This document shows, piece after piece, positions 1-12,772 of a DNA stretch of 64,000 nt. How positions within the stretch are numbered: position 1 is the first letter of the stretch; every line of letters begins with the position of its first letter. The stretch comes from Hormiphora californensis (taxonomy: Eukaryota; Animalia; Ctenophora): NCBI GenBank assembly GCA_020137815.1, contig CM035359.1, positions 1,922,001 to 1,986,000 of the forward strand, read 5' to 3'. The position numbers and the translations under genes were made by a program. Under the pieces are notes generated by a model. That model saw only the letters and a program-made list of their open reading frames with translations. It searched no databases and had not been told where the DNA came from.

Positions 1-267
1 TGGTATTCCTTTTTTCATAAAAATTTCATAACTTTTTTGGTCGCATTGGAAAAAAATCTTTCCACTGCGACCAATGACAAGCCTCTATCTTATCAGGAAC
101 CGGAAATAGATTTCAAGCGCTGCATTTCGATACGCGACGGCCTGTTGTTTCTAGCCCGAAGAATACCTTTAAATTTTAAATTGGACTTTTGGAACATTTT
201 ATAAAAGCCTCGATTTATCGCCTGTTATCGACTATTCTTTACTTTAGCTCTGTATTTGGTATCAACA

Positions 268-2035
268 ATGCCAAGCAAAAGGAGAAAATTCTGTAAGGAG
301 GTGATCGAAGTGGAAAAGGTATGCTGATCTCAAAACACTAGGTCCTTTTAGCTAGAGGAATAAGGGCTAATACCTACTAGTCAGGACCACTATTGGTGCG
401 CAGTCGTGCCCACGGAAGGAGTGCTTGGATCATCTTGAAACCGGTTTTAAGTTAACTAATGCATATCCAAAAGTGTCTGTAGCTATTTGGGTGATGTTCT
501 GACAATCCAATCACGAGATCAGCCTGATCTCAAAACACTAGGTCCTTTTAGCTGGAGGAATAAGGGCTAATACCTACTCTATTTTGTCGCCTGAAACTGT
601 TTCTGTGCTGCAATTCAACTATTCCCACTTCAGATGCACGTCTCACTATTCATTTCTCTTCCAGGATTTCTTGAGTTTTCTCCCGGTGGAAGTTACCATG
701 GTTATCCTATCTGAACTGAAGTCTTCCGATATCATGGAGCTGTCTGTTGTTTCTAAAAAATGGAACTCTCTCCTAAAAGGTAGATTCGAACCAACGCTCG
801 ACTACATTTACTTTATTCTCTTTCATTATCAGTTTTACAACATTATTTTATGTTTCAGATGAATATACCTGTAAACAGCTGCTTATTGCTCACTACAATC
901 TAAACCCAGTCAGCACCGAACCACCCAGAATGGGTTCATTCCAAGAGGACTACAAAATCTGCCACGAATTTGGGAAGAGAGTTTATCCAGAGCAGATGGA
1001 AATTGTTCACCAAATTGAAGAAACTAATTCGTGCGTAGTATCCCCGTCTGGAAAATACGTCGCCAGCTCGCATTATCATACAAACAAAGAACTTGTACAG
1101 CACGAAATATGCGTTGCAAGTACTGAGGAGTCTAATGTGGATTCAGTAAAACGATTGGAACTCTTTGACGAACCTCACAGGGGTACCAAACCAATGTTCA
1201 ACTCAACTGAGGAATATCTTGCTGTGTTAGTGAGCGATCATGACTTTGATCTTGGCATGGCTGTGATAAAGTGGATCAACGTTTATAAAACCCCAAACTT
1301 TGAGTTTTACAAGAAGATTACATGCCAAAGTGATGAGACAGTCAATGACATACATTGGATAGGAGACTACAGCCTTATGAAAGTTCAATACGGGGTTGTT
1401 AAAGTTTGGTCAATAATATCGGGGACGGAGGAGATTATTAGTGAAAATCAAGATGAAAGATACATTTATTATGCATCGTATGCAGTCGCCAACAACTATT
1501 AATCAGTATGAAATCGGATTGGGATGAAAAGAACGTTTACTTAAGAAAACAGTCAATCAAGGAGGAGAGATTCAATACGACTGCAAAATCTTTTTCTTTC
1601 GATGGAAAACCAACCGAGATAGAATTGGATAGTGCATTTTTTCCTCGCACTACCACTATTGAAACTCACATTGAGGGGAGAATCTTTGTCGTTCGTTATA
1701 GAAAGAAGATATTGGAACTTGACCTGAACCTGACAAAACTCCGTGAAATTTTTATTCCCAGCCTTCTTCCCAAAACGATAAAGGAAGACCGTGGTTTATT
1801 CCTTTTAAGCACGGGTGTGGCGAATGATGGATTGTTTCTTATTAAAGCCCTTTATAAAGGGCTGTTCTCTTTAAGTATTTGGGACCCAAAATCTGGACTG
1901 GTAATTACCTCTTTTGAGGGTCGTAGTTTACATTATGTGTCTGAGGCCTGCACTGTTCTATGGCCACGGGGCTCCCGACCTGCCCTAGTGGTAGCTACTG
2001 CTGGAAGAAAATCCTTGCGAATCAAAAGGTTTTAG
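268..2035 (+). pseudogene. F-box protein with C-terminal beta-propeller (WD40-like) region, interrupted by a 1-nt frameshift near 1500 (pseudogene or sequence error)
   Basis: Exons 268-318 (MPSKRRKF..EK|GT), 665-779 (F-box DFLSFLPVEVTMVILSELKSSDIMELSVVSKKWNSLLK) and 859 onward are in phase with ORF 930-1502 (VSPSGKYVAS, VNDIHW, VKVWSI). ORF 1508-2035 continues in another frame; adding one T at about 1500 gives NNYLISMKS. Confidence 0.7.
323..578. repeat. ~55-bp direct repeat (323-378 / 524-578) in F-box intron 1
   Basis: ctgatctcaaaacactaggtccttttagct..gaggaataagggctaatacctact occurs twice. Confidence 0.85.
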
Positions 2036-2665
2036 CTTTGGAATAAAATGATACGTGTAATGATTCCCGTTGGTTTTAAACTGGTCGAACTTTCATTTTA
2101 AACATTTTTATTTTTTACACATCTGACAACATTTTGTGACATTTCGTAAGGTGTAACATACACAATAACTTTCCTGCATATGTAACAAAATGTTACGTGT
2201 CAGTTCTCACCCCCACAAAGTCCCCCTACAAAATTTTGCGTGTCACACCTCCTCCCCTAAGGTGATTGAATATAACCGTGGTTCCCCCCCCCTCCGCCGG
2301 TTTGACTGTTATTTTAGTATCTAAGCCGCATCATCGAACTCAGATCTGGTAGAATACGAGGATTTGTTATAATCTGGCAATTTGACAGGCCTTTTTGTGC
2401 TCAATCAGACAACCTTGTTTCTGCAGCCGTGATTTATTAACTTCTACTCATTACTGATTGGTACCACTACCCGCTTGACAAGGATGAACCACTGTTTGGT
2501 ATAGTAGGAAACAGGTATTCCGGCGACCTCTGGAATTACTAATCATGAAAACTCTCGTACCGATCGCAAATCGAGGGATCTGTTTCTATATTTTTTCTCT
2601 GCCAGCTGCCTCTCTGCCTCACTCTCTCTATGATGCTATATACTAATATGATGTGATCCCTCTAG

Positions 2666-3135
2666 TTCAGAGTAGGGTCTTTTGAGCATGGGTTTCAGGT
2701 TTGTGCTGGCTACACAGGAGATCGATCAGACATGGAACTGTACACATTGATTGGGTACAAGCCCCCATTTCCTCCCTCCTGCACTGTCTTTCTAAGGATG
2801 GGGCTCTCTTCCCCTTCCCGGTAAAAGAGGGTACACTGTACTACTCAAAAACATTGATGGACGCGTTTAGAAGCTGTTGTTGTGTTAGCAAGTATTTGCT
2901 AGAAAACACGCTGAAAATAATATATACTTTTCCAAATCGTAATGATTCGCCTCTAATTTGTTTATATCAATTTGAATGTGTTGAGGCGTTGGAATCCTGA
3001 CACGTAGTCAACATCAACCTTGGTGGCGCTGTTACCTCTCAGCCCGCTTTGCAGGCTTCGTTTTGTCGCGCTACACGCACGAGTTGTAAGGGTGACTGTG
3101 TCACCTAACATCAACCGGGTTTGCCGTTTAAATAT
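2666..3135 (+). repeat. Diverged copy of the LDLa-GPCR 3' flank (about 8008-8470)
   Basis: cagagtagggtct..gagcatgggtttcaggtttg..ctttccaaatcgtaatgattcgcctctaatttg..catcaacc is shared with indels. Confidence 0.9.
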
Positions 3136-3196
3136 GGGGTGTGCCCTCATATATGGGGTATGGCGTGTGCCGTTTAAATATGGGGTGTGCCCTTAT

Positions 3197-3800
3197 ATCT
3201 TTGTCGTTCGTTATAGAAAGAAGATATTGGAACTTGACCTGAACCTGACAAAACTCCGTGAAATTTTTATTCCCAGCCTTCTTCCCAAAACGATAAAGGA
3301 AGACCGTGGTTTATTCCTTTTAAGCACGGGTGTGGCGAATGATGGATTGTTTCTTATTAAAGCCCTTTATAAAGGGCTGTTCTCTTTAAGTATTTGGGAC
3401 CCAAAATCTGGACTGGTAATTACCTCTTTTGAGGATCGTAGTTTACATTATGTGTCTGAGGCCTGCACTGTTCTATGGCCACGGGGCTCCCGACCTGCCC
3501 TAGTGGTAGCTACTTCTGGAAGGGAATCCTTGCGAATCAAAAGGTTTTAGCTTTGGAATAAAATGATACGTGTAATGATTCCCGTTGGTTTTAAACTGGT
3601 CGAACTTTCATTTTAAACATTTTTATTTTTTACACATCTGACAAAATTTTGTAACATTTTGTGACATTTCGTAACATACACAATAACTTTTCTGCGTATG
3701 TAACAAAATGTTACGTGTCAGTTTTCACCCCCACAAAGTCCCCCTACAAAATTTTGCGTGTCACACCCCCTCCCCTATAAGGTGATTGAATATTACCGTG
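3197..3800 (+). pseudogene. Near-identical partial duplicate of the F-box gene 3' CDS and 3' UTR (source about 1682-2281)
   Basis: IFVVRYRKK...LRIKRF* repeated with few substitutions (G>D, A>S, K>E); no 5' part. Confidence 0.9.
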
Positions 3801-3823
3801 GTGCCAAATCGGGTATCCAAATA

Positions 3824-3994
3824 CAGTCGGACCCCGATTTAACGGCACCCTCGGGGGAAAGGATTTTGTCCGTTAAATCGGGGTGTCTGCAAATCGGGGT
3901 AAAATACTGTGAATTTCTCATATCGGGGGAAGATTATCCTGCCGTTAAATCGGGGTGCCGTTAAATCGGGGGCCGTTAAATCGGGGTCCGACTG
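3824..3994. mobile_element. Tc1/mariner-type MITE (CAGTCGGACCCCGATTT TIR, TA TSD)
   Basis: ta|cagtcggaccccgatttaacggc ... gccgttaaatcggggtccgactg|ta. Confidence 0.9.
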
Positions 3995-4186
3995 TAGTGA
4001 TTTAGTGGCCAATGTATTTCGTGCTTCACCAACATAGCCGATTGTTTCACATGAGTTAGTATCTTTGCAGTGGGACGCTCAGTAGATAAGTGGCATCTTG
4101 TGCCTTTGTTCTTTTAAATATTCAGCTTCAACATCTACAATATGTACTAGATACTGCATTGTAAAGTAGCGAGAAAAATCTGAATA

Positions 4187-4301
4187 CAGTCGGACCCCGA
4201 TTTAGTGGCATCCTCGGGGGAAAGGTTTTGTCCACTAAATCGGAGTGTCCACTAAATCGAGGTGCCACTAAATCGGGGGCCACTAAATCGGGGTCCGACT
4301 G
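4187..4301. mobile_element. Tc1/mariner-type MITE, same family
   Basis: ta|cagtcggaccccgatttagtggc ... gccactaaatcggggtccgactg|ta. Confidence 0.9.
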
Positions 4302-4537
4302 TATATAATAAAGTTCTTGGGATTGCGTTATTTTAAATGTTTAGATACAAATTTGAGAATTGAGCGAACAAGATTTATATTTTAAATACGCACCGTTACG
4401 AAATATTTTTAAATACAAAGAGAATTGAGGGAACGAGATTTATATTTTATATACGCACTGGCCACTGTTACGAAATGTTTTTAGATTCAAGTTGTTTGCG
4501 TTCTTTGCTTTCTAACTAAGGAGTTGCCCCAAGCAAC

Positions 4538-7500
4538 ATGTTGCTGAGGACAGTTGCACTCCTCATAGCAGGTATATTGTTAAATAGAACACACACATTC
4601 CAGAATTGCACGTATCAGTACCCTTCAAATTGTCTGCCCTCTTCATAGCAACCTGCATTAAAAAGGCCTTAAATACGTGGAAGCGAAATTACCCCTACCC
4701 TGCGATGCCCTACTACCGTAGCCTAGGCTGCGAGAGGTAATTTCGTTACCAAGACAATATGTATGGTGTCACAAATTGGCGGCCCAGGTGTTTTAATCCT
4801 TTACCCTCCACACAGTGAGTGTAGTTGATTCATTCCTATCACCGGTGGAGTGCAAGATCACCCCGTATAAAGGCTTCCTGAAGCGGGCATGTACCCATCA
4901 GTTCTCTGATGTAGCAGACCTCGCGGCGACAGGGATACTGTTGTTCAAATGCTACAATTCGGACGATTACTACTACACCCTCTATTCTGCACGATGGGTT
5001 TTCAACGCTACATGTCCCCGAGACCCCCTACAGTATGAGATGTGCGGGTATTTTCATGTTGATATAACCTCTCTGACATCCCATAAAACTCTTTGTGGGG
5101 TTGCCGCATGCAAAGCCAACATGCTCAATGCAAATGAGTTAAGTTACTATCCCAGAGCAACACAGGACATTTGTCGACCGAATAGCTACCCATGCATCGG
5201 TAGATACACCAAGTCGTGTGAGACGGCTTCCGTGAGAAAGTGTAACGGGGTTTGTGATGATACAGATTGCTATGACGAGATCCATTGCGGGGACTATACG
5301 TATGGTTACAAATGTACGGACTATCATGGGTGGCTACGCCCCACGACTGCATGTGTTTTGGCTGCTCAGTTGTCCACTGGATCTAACAGTCTTTGTGGCA
5401 TGAAATCTGACACGAGATCATGTGGAAGCGACTCGGGTTTGAAAATGTGTATAATTAGATTCGTCAAGTACACGTACACAGTGCCAATTTTTAATTTCAC
5501 TCGCTGTGCGACTATCAAAATTACCCAACGGTACAGGACAACACCGCTTGAAGATGGGAGTCATGATGATATTGAAACGGGGGGCCTGTACGCACCCCAT
5601 TGTTTGAATTTCATGGACCAGACCAATTGCTCCGATCCGGCCAGGGTGGCACTGTCATGTCCAATAGGAGGCTACATGTCCACCGTTGCCAAGGTCATGG
5701 TTTGTGATGGACTACGGAAAGGCCTCTGTGATGATAAGCTGGATATCCTCTGTGTGGATGTGACCTCTACCTGTACCATCCACAAGCACCAGGTTTGTGA
5801 CAACATCCGAGATTGTTCCACTGGACAAGACGAGCTCCACTGCAAGTGGATGACTGGCACTGGATGCGAGAGGAAATTTCGGCCCACAATATACTCCTCT
5901 TCTTTCCCGTTGGATTGGCTTGGAGACACGGTTGAGGACTGCGTCGGCGGAAAGGACGAGGTCCTTGATCTTTGGCCCACTTGTGGAATGGGAAAATTCC
6001 AGCGGTTTGTGAAAGATAACAGTACCTGTAAAGATGAATTTCACTGCAAGTTTGGTCCCCGGACAATCATACCTTTTGGCCTACTGTGTGATGGAATTGA
6101 TACATGCGGTAACGAAAATGCTGTCTGCCGAAGACTTGTTCCCCAAGTCCCAAATAAGGCCGTCCAAGGCACTGTTTGGAATAAGTACATAAGCCCCTGT
6201 TTGCCTGGTATGGAAAATCTTGTCATCCTACGAGGAGAATGTGCAGATTTCAGTACATCACAGATGCACAATTCAAAAATTTTCGGTATTGAACGTGAAT
6301 CGACAATTTCGGCCCCTTCAAATACTTCTTGCTCCTATAAATTTGGAGAAGTTTACATTTATCTAACCTGCTTGGGCATCTGCAAAGAGAAATGTCCGTT
6401 ATCAAGAACCCCACTAAAAACTGATTCCTGTCCGACACAGTATAAAGCTCGAATTTTTACGGTTGCCGACCAAAATACGTTGACATTCGTCACACCAAAG
6501 GAGGAATCATACGGACAGGAGATATTTGAATGCGATAACAATAAATGTTTGGTGTATGATAAAGTTTGTAACCTGATCGATGACTGTGGAGATGGGAGTG
6601 ATGAGGAAACCTGCGAAAACAACTTCCGGTGTAAATCTGCAAAAGGTCAAGGCCAACTGTATTTCCCTCTGTATGCGGTGTGTGATGGAGTACCCAACTG
6701 TATGGACCTATCAGATGAGTGCAATGATATGTGTAGTAAGCACATTTTGGAAGGATTCTACCTGAAATCAAGTGCGTTTTTAATAGGATCTCTTGCCATT
6801 GGGCTCAACTTGTGGACCTTGGTAAGCGTAATTTTGGAACTGAGACAAATTACAAACCAGATAGCACTTGAGAATAAAGTCCTTGTAGCGACGATCAGCC
6901 TCGGTGACCTCTTCACTGGGGCATATCTCCTTTCTATAGCGATTTTCGATGCCACTCAGGTTAGTTACTGTGAGAACCAGGCCAACTGGCTGGCCAGCAA
7001 GTACTGCAATGCAATGGGAATTGTTAGTACAACAGGAAGCGCAGTCTCGGTCATATCAATGACCTTCCTCAGCCTGGCAAGAGTGAAGGGCGTACGGTCG
7101 GGACTCCATCGTTCAACTGCTGAAGTAAAATTCACTCCTCCGCTAATAACAGCCAGCGTCATTATCGTTGTTTCGATCATTTTTGCGGTCTTTCCCGTGA
7201 TTCTATTGGAGGAGTTTGAAGATATATTTGGCAATGGACAGGTTTGGGACACGGATTTTAAGTTTTTCATCGGGATTATCGGTAAAGCTGAGCACCTGGA
7301 AGTAATTGGAGCTTACTATGGAAGGATCTTGCGGAACCCCTCTGGTACAGGTCACTCCTGGGATAAGATAACAGGTTTGATAAGAGGCATGTACACGAAT
7401 GATTATGGAAATTTGGAAGGTTCGAATTCCCTAGTTGGTTTCTATGGCAATGAGGGGGTGTGCCTCTTTAAATTTTTTGTCCTTCCCGATGACCCACAGT

Positions 7501-7976
7501 TTGCATTCTCGCTTACCTATCAAATTTTGAACATTATTTGCTTAGCAGTAATTTGTTCCTGTTACGCATACATCGAAGCAACCTCAAGGAAAAGTCTGGA
7601 AGACCTAAATTTTAGCAGGGAAAATGCACAGCAAAATCCTGCCATACAAGCTCGTATTGAGTCCCTAAAGAAAATGCAACTCAAAATAAGTATGATTATT
7701 GCCACAGATTTGATCTGTTGGATTCCCCTCCTGATCGTGTCATTCTGTCACATGGCTGAGGTGGTGGATGCGACCCCCTACTACGGACTCTTCTCTGTTA
7801 TCCTTCTTCCCATAAACTCCTCCATCAATCCTTTGCTGTACAGCGATTATGTTCACGATATTTTCAAGGCCGCTTTGCCGTGGATTGCGATGTGTGGGTT
7901 GTCCATTCAAAAGATCTTTGAAAAGAAGAACCCGGATGGCCCTGAGGTTATTGAGATGGACAATCTGGGGTCGTAG
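4538..7976 (+). CDS. Class-A GPCR with large Cys-rich LDL-receptor class A repeat ectodomain (GRL101/RXFP-like 7TM, no LRRs), about 1064 aa
   Basis: Exon 1 4538-4571 plus exon 2 4816-7976 join in phase 1, giving signal peptide MLLRTVALLIAVSVVDS. LDLa motifs include CDNIRDCSTGQDE, FECDNNKCLVYDKVCNLIDDCGDGSDEETC and CDGVPNCMDLSDEC. 7TM motifs: LGDL, IIATDLICWIP, LPINSSINPLLY. Confidence 0.93.
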
Positions 7977-8773
7977 GCCCAAACTGAACGCTCTGGCGTT
8001 CAGAGCTCAGAGTAGGGTCTTTAGAGCATGGGTTTCAGGTTTGCGGTGGCTACACCAGAGATCGATCATATATGGATCTATACACATTGATTGGGTACGA
8101 GCCCCCATTTTCTCTCCCTCCTGCACTGTTCTCTCACAATGTCACATTCACCGTCTTTCTAAGGATGGGGCTCTCTTCCCCCTTCCCGGTAAAAGAGGGT
8201 ACTTCGTACTATTCAAACACATTCATGGACGCGTTTAGAAGCTGTAGTTGTGTTAGCAAGGACAATGCAATGTTGTATTTACTAGAGAACACGTTGAAAA
8301 TAATATATACTTTTCCAAATCGTAATGATTCGCCTCTAATTTGTTTAATCAATTTGATTGTGTTGAGGCGTTGAGATCCTGACACGTAGGACTTCGTTTT
8401 GGTGCGCTACCTGTGGGAGTTGTAAGGGTGACTGTGTCACCAAACATCAACCTGGGTGTGCCCTTATATGGTGACCTGTTATAAACAGCACACATGATAT
8501 CCTCCTTACCCCTCAGCTACAAACTGGAATCTGCCATCAGACCTGATGGTCGAGTAGCGCTGCACGTAGTTTTCATTATTCCGCTTAGGTTCTGGGAGCT
8601 GGACCCTGCAATGTCAAGTTCTAGACTGTAACTGGAGCCTTAATCCTCCCTTTTCCCACTCTACTCATCTGGTGTTATGGCATTTTGCTTTTTTGATATA
8701 GTTTTTAGACCAAAAATACCCTTGCTATCTTGCTACTGAACTCAAATTCTAAACGCCTTTTTTCTTCTAGTCA

Positions 8774-10791
8774 ATGGTTAGAAATGATGCAATTGAGAAT
8801 CAAGAAAATCTGCCACCGAACAGCAAAAGAAGGAAAACAGATAAAGTGGAAAACCTAAAGCAACCCTCCCGAAAACAAGTTGTGAAACCACTAAAATGTG
8901 GGGTTTGTAGGCAGGTAAATCCCATTCTACAGTCGGACCCCGATGTACCGGGATGCTCGAGGGAAAGGTTTTTGCCCGGTAAATCGGGGTTCCCGGTATA
9001 TCGGGCTCAAATACTGTCAATTTCATATTTCCGGGGAAGATTAAATCCTCCCGGTATATTGGGGTTCCGGTAAATCGGGCTATCATTGTAGTATAAAATA
9101 CAGGACACAAGTGTGCTGTTCCACCTTTATATTATACCCCTACACCTCATCCCGTCAGTTACAAGACAAGGATGTTTTGAAGACTTTTCCCGGAGATCCA
9201 CCTGGGGCAGTAGAAGAGTTTATCGCCCTCGCCTCTGATATCCTTTCCCTTGGGCAAACTGATGAGGGAGATTGGGAGGAAAAGCCTCAACATCGGATCA
9301 CCGAGTTTTCGGTTTATGATGAATTTGGGCACTTGTGTGCATTTGATACCGGTCTGATAGATAACAATGTTCCGCTGTACTTCAGTGGTTATATAAAGCC
9401 AATCTATGATGATACCCCATCTACTGAAGGTAGGTCATGCAATGGGGGAGGATGGGAAGGGAGGTCTATGTTAGACAGACAGGGGGAATGTGTTCATGAT
9501 GGAGGTGTACGTGTTGCGATGCACAGAACGATATGTACACTATACACGATGCACGTTTTACTACATTCTGTCCCGAATGCTGTTGTTTTGTCCGTTCAAA
9601 GATCACAATATGTGGATGGTGGTAACCATGCAGACTTGAGGAAAGATGGGTCACCCCGTGCCTGAACAAAGTTCAACCTCGGATGAAAAATGCTCCCTAA
9701 GCGGACTTCACTAGGGTCTTCAGATAGGTATTTGGAGTGGAAAAATGTAAAAAAACACCCCATTTTTTCGAGAAGGTTTTTCTCTACATGGATTTTAAAA
9801 TGGGTCGTTTTGACTGTCAAAACGGCTTAAAAACCATGCTGGGTGCAGATTTATAGTCCTCTTCCGGTAAAAAGGTTGTACCTGACCTTTTTTTGCACGT
9901 AGAATCGATTGCCGGTGAAGAGAAATCTCTAAAACGACTGGAAAATGGTCAAAATTTGATTTTTTGACGTTTTTTGAGGGTTTTTCGGCCCCAACCCCAT
10001 CATGACATCAAGATAGAAAATTTTTACTAGTGTCAAACGTTAAAATGGACATTTTTCTACCGGATCCCAAAGTTTCAGATAAATCCAATAGCAGGGTAAA
10101 ATTTGGCTAATTATTGAAAGTGGCTAGATGAGAGAAAGTGAACTTGAACTTAATTTTTTCACAATTTTGGCCTTTTTGACCAACTTCTGATTGAAATGGC
10201 CAATCAGGACCATGCTCACGCTAAAGAAGGGACAATTTCCTACTAAAATGCAAATTTTCATGCCGATACGACAACAGGTCATGGATCTGTAGTAAATTTA
10301 AGCGAGCTAACTAGGCTATTTCTACTGTCAAAAACGGTCATTTTTTCTTATTTTCGGGTCGATTGGCAGTAAAAAAGGGTACCCGACCTATTTTTGCCTG
10401 TAGAATTGATTTCCGATGGAGTTGGACCTCCAGATCGACAGCAAAATTAAAGAAAACGAATATTTCAGTTTTTAGCGGAAATAGCCAGAAAATGAGTAAA
10501 AAACCAAAAAAAAATGAAATTGACCTAATTTTCTCGTAGATTAAGAGCTCCAATTCCATTTTAGAGCGATTTAACGTGAAAAATTGGGCTGGGAACCCTT
10601 TTGATTGCCGATTGACACTAAATTACCATTTTCTGGCTATTTCCGCTAAAAACTGAAATATTCGTTTTCTTTAATTATGCCAAAAACTAACAGAAATTAG
10701 TTGGCTGGAAAGGTGACCACTTTTGTTGTCAAACTGACACCTTTGCCCTCTCCGGGTTTTTTCATCATTATCTTTCCCTCTCTGATCACTA

Positions 10792-10864
<73 letters not shown>

Positions 10865-12724
10865 CCTCTCCCCCTTCCTCAATCCAGCTCCCTCTCTCAG
10901 TAACCCGGGCCGGGCAAAGGTGTCAGTTTGACAACAAAAGTGGTCACCTTTCCAGCCAACTAATTTCTGTTAGTTTTTGGCATAATTTAGGTATATTTTT
11001 GGTATTTTCTGATTTAAAATACGATGTAAGACTGTCTGGACGTAGCAGAACTTGTAAAGACCGTCAGGAATCGCTAAAATACGAAAATTTCAATTTTGAC
11101 GTCATTGTGACGTCATAGCGCGACGTCACGACGTTATAACGTCATGCTAGTGAATAAATTAGTATCAGGCTCATCTAGATAAAGATGCTGACCAAGTTTG
11201 AGATCGATTGGACGAGATTTGAGGTCGCTATGGCGAAAAACACACTATCGTCATATCTATTTTCATACAGTCTTAACACTTCAGACGCGATTTAAGACCC
11301 TTGAAAATAGAATTTCACAAATTCGCTATATAGTTTCTGAAAGTTTAGACGATTACCTTTCGTAAGTGTGGTCTCCATTTTTCAATCAGAAGCCGTCTTC
11401 AATGTGTAAATTGAGCTCAAAGAAATTTTGTTGATTTGAAAAATGTCTTAACTTTATGACAGTATTTTAAGACGTTCTGGTTGGACCCGGAACATGAAAA
11501 CCGTCCAATAACACAATTCATACGATTATCTTTCGAATGCAACAAACGAGAAGTGTCCATCTTATGTAGTCTTTCCAGAAAACTGTCTGCAAATTGTGTA
11601 AAAAAGCGTCTATATGTATGTATGTATGTATGTATGTACATATATATATAGACCAGGGACATTTATTGCTTTTTTCACCATGTCAGAACTCTGAAACTAA
11701 AAGAGATAGAGACTTGCCCTTTTGAACCCTAGTAGATCTAGTCTACGTGACACTGTATACCAAATTTCAGACCGATTGGTGCAGTGGGGGCTTCGCTATG
11801 AGCGTCGCAAAATGCCATTTTTGGCTAAAAACTGAAAAAACTTATTACTGCTTTCTGGCACGCGCGGCTGGGGGGAGGTGGTGGTCACCTTTGCGCTTGC
11901 CAGCGCAGTGATTTTGCTGACGATCTGGAGGTCCAACTCCATCGGAAATCAATTCTACGGGCAAAAATAGGTCGGGTACCCTTTTTTACTGCCAATCGAC
12001 CCGAAAATAAGAAAAAATGACCGTTTTTGACAGTAGAAATAGCCTAGTTAGCTCGCTTAAATTTACTACAGATCCATGACCTGTTGTCGTATCGGCATGA
12101 AAATTTGCATTATAGTAGGAAATTGTCCCTTCTTTAGCGTGAGCATGGTCCTGATTGGCCATTTCAATCAGAAGTTGGTCAAAAAGGCCAAAATTGTGAA
12201 AAAATTAAGTTCAAGTTCACTTTCTCTCATCTAGCCACTTTCAATAATTAGCCAAATTTTACCCTGCTATTGGATTTATCTGAAACTTTGGGATCCGGTA
12301 GAAAAATGTCCATTTTAACGTTTGACACTAGTAAAAATTTTCTATCTTGATGTCATGATGGGGTTGGGGCCGAAAAACCCTCAAAAAACGTCAAAAAATC
12401 AAATTTTGACCATTTTCCAGTCGTTTTAGAGATTTCTCTTCACCGGCAATCGATTCTACGTGCAAAAAAAGGTCAGGTACAACCTTTTTACCGGAAGAGG
12501 ACTATAAATCTGCACCCAGCATGGTTTTTAAGCCGTTTTGACAGTCAAAACGACCCATTTTAAAATCCATGTAGAGAAAAAACTTCTCGAAAAAATGGGG
12601 TGTTTTTTTACATTTTTCCACTCCAAATACCTATCTGAAGACCCTAGTGAAGTCCGCTTAGGGAGCATTTTTCATCCGAGGTTGAACTTTGTTCAGGCAC
12701 GGGGTGGGTATTGTCCCAAAGTTA

Positions 12725-12772
<48 letters not shown>

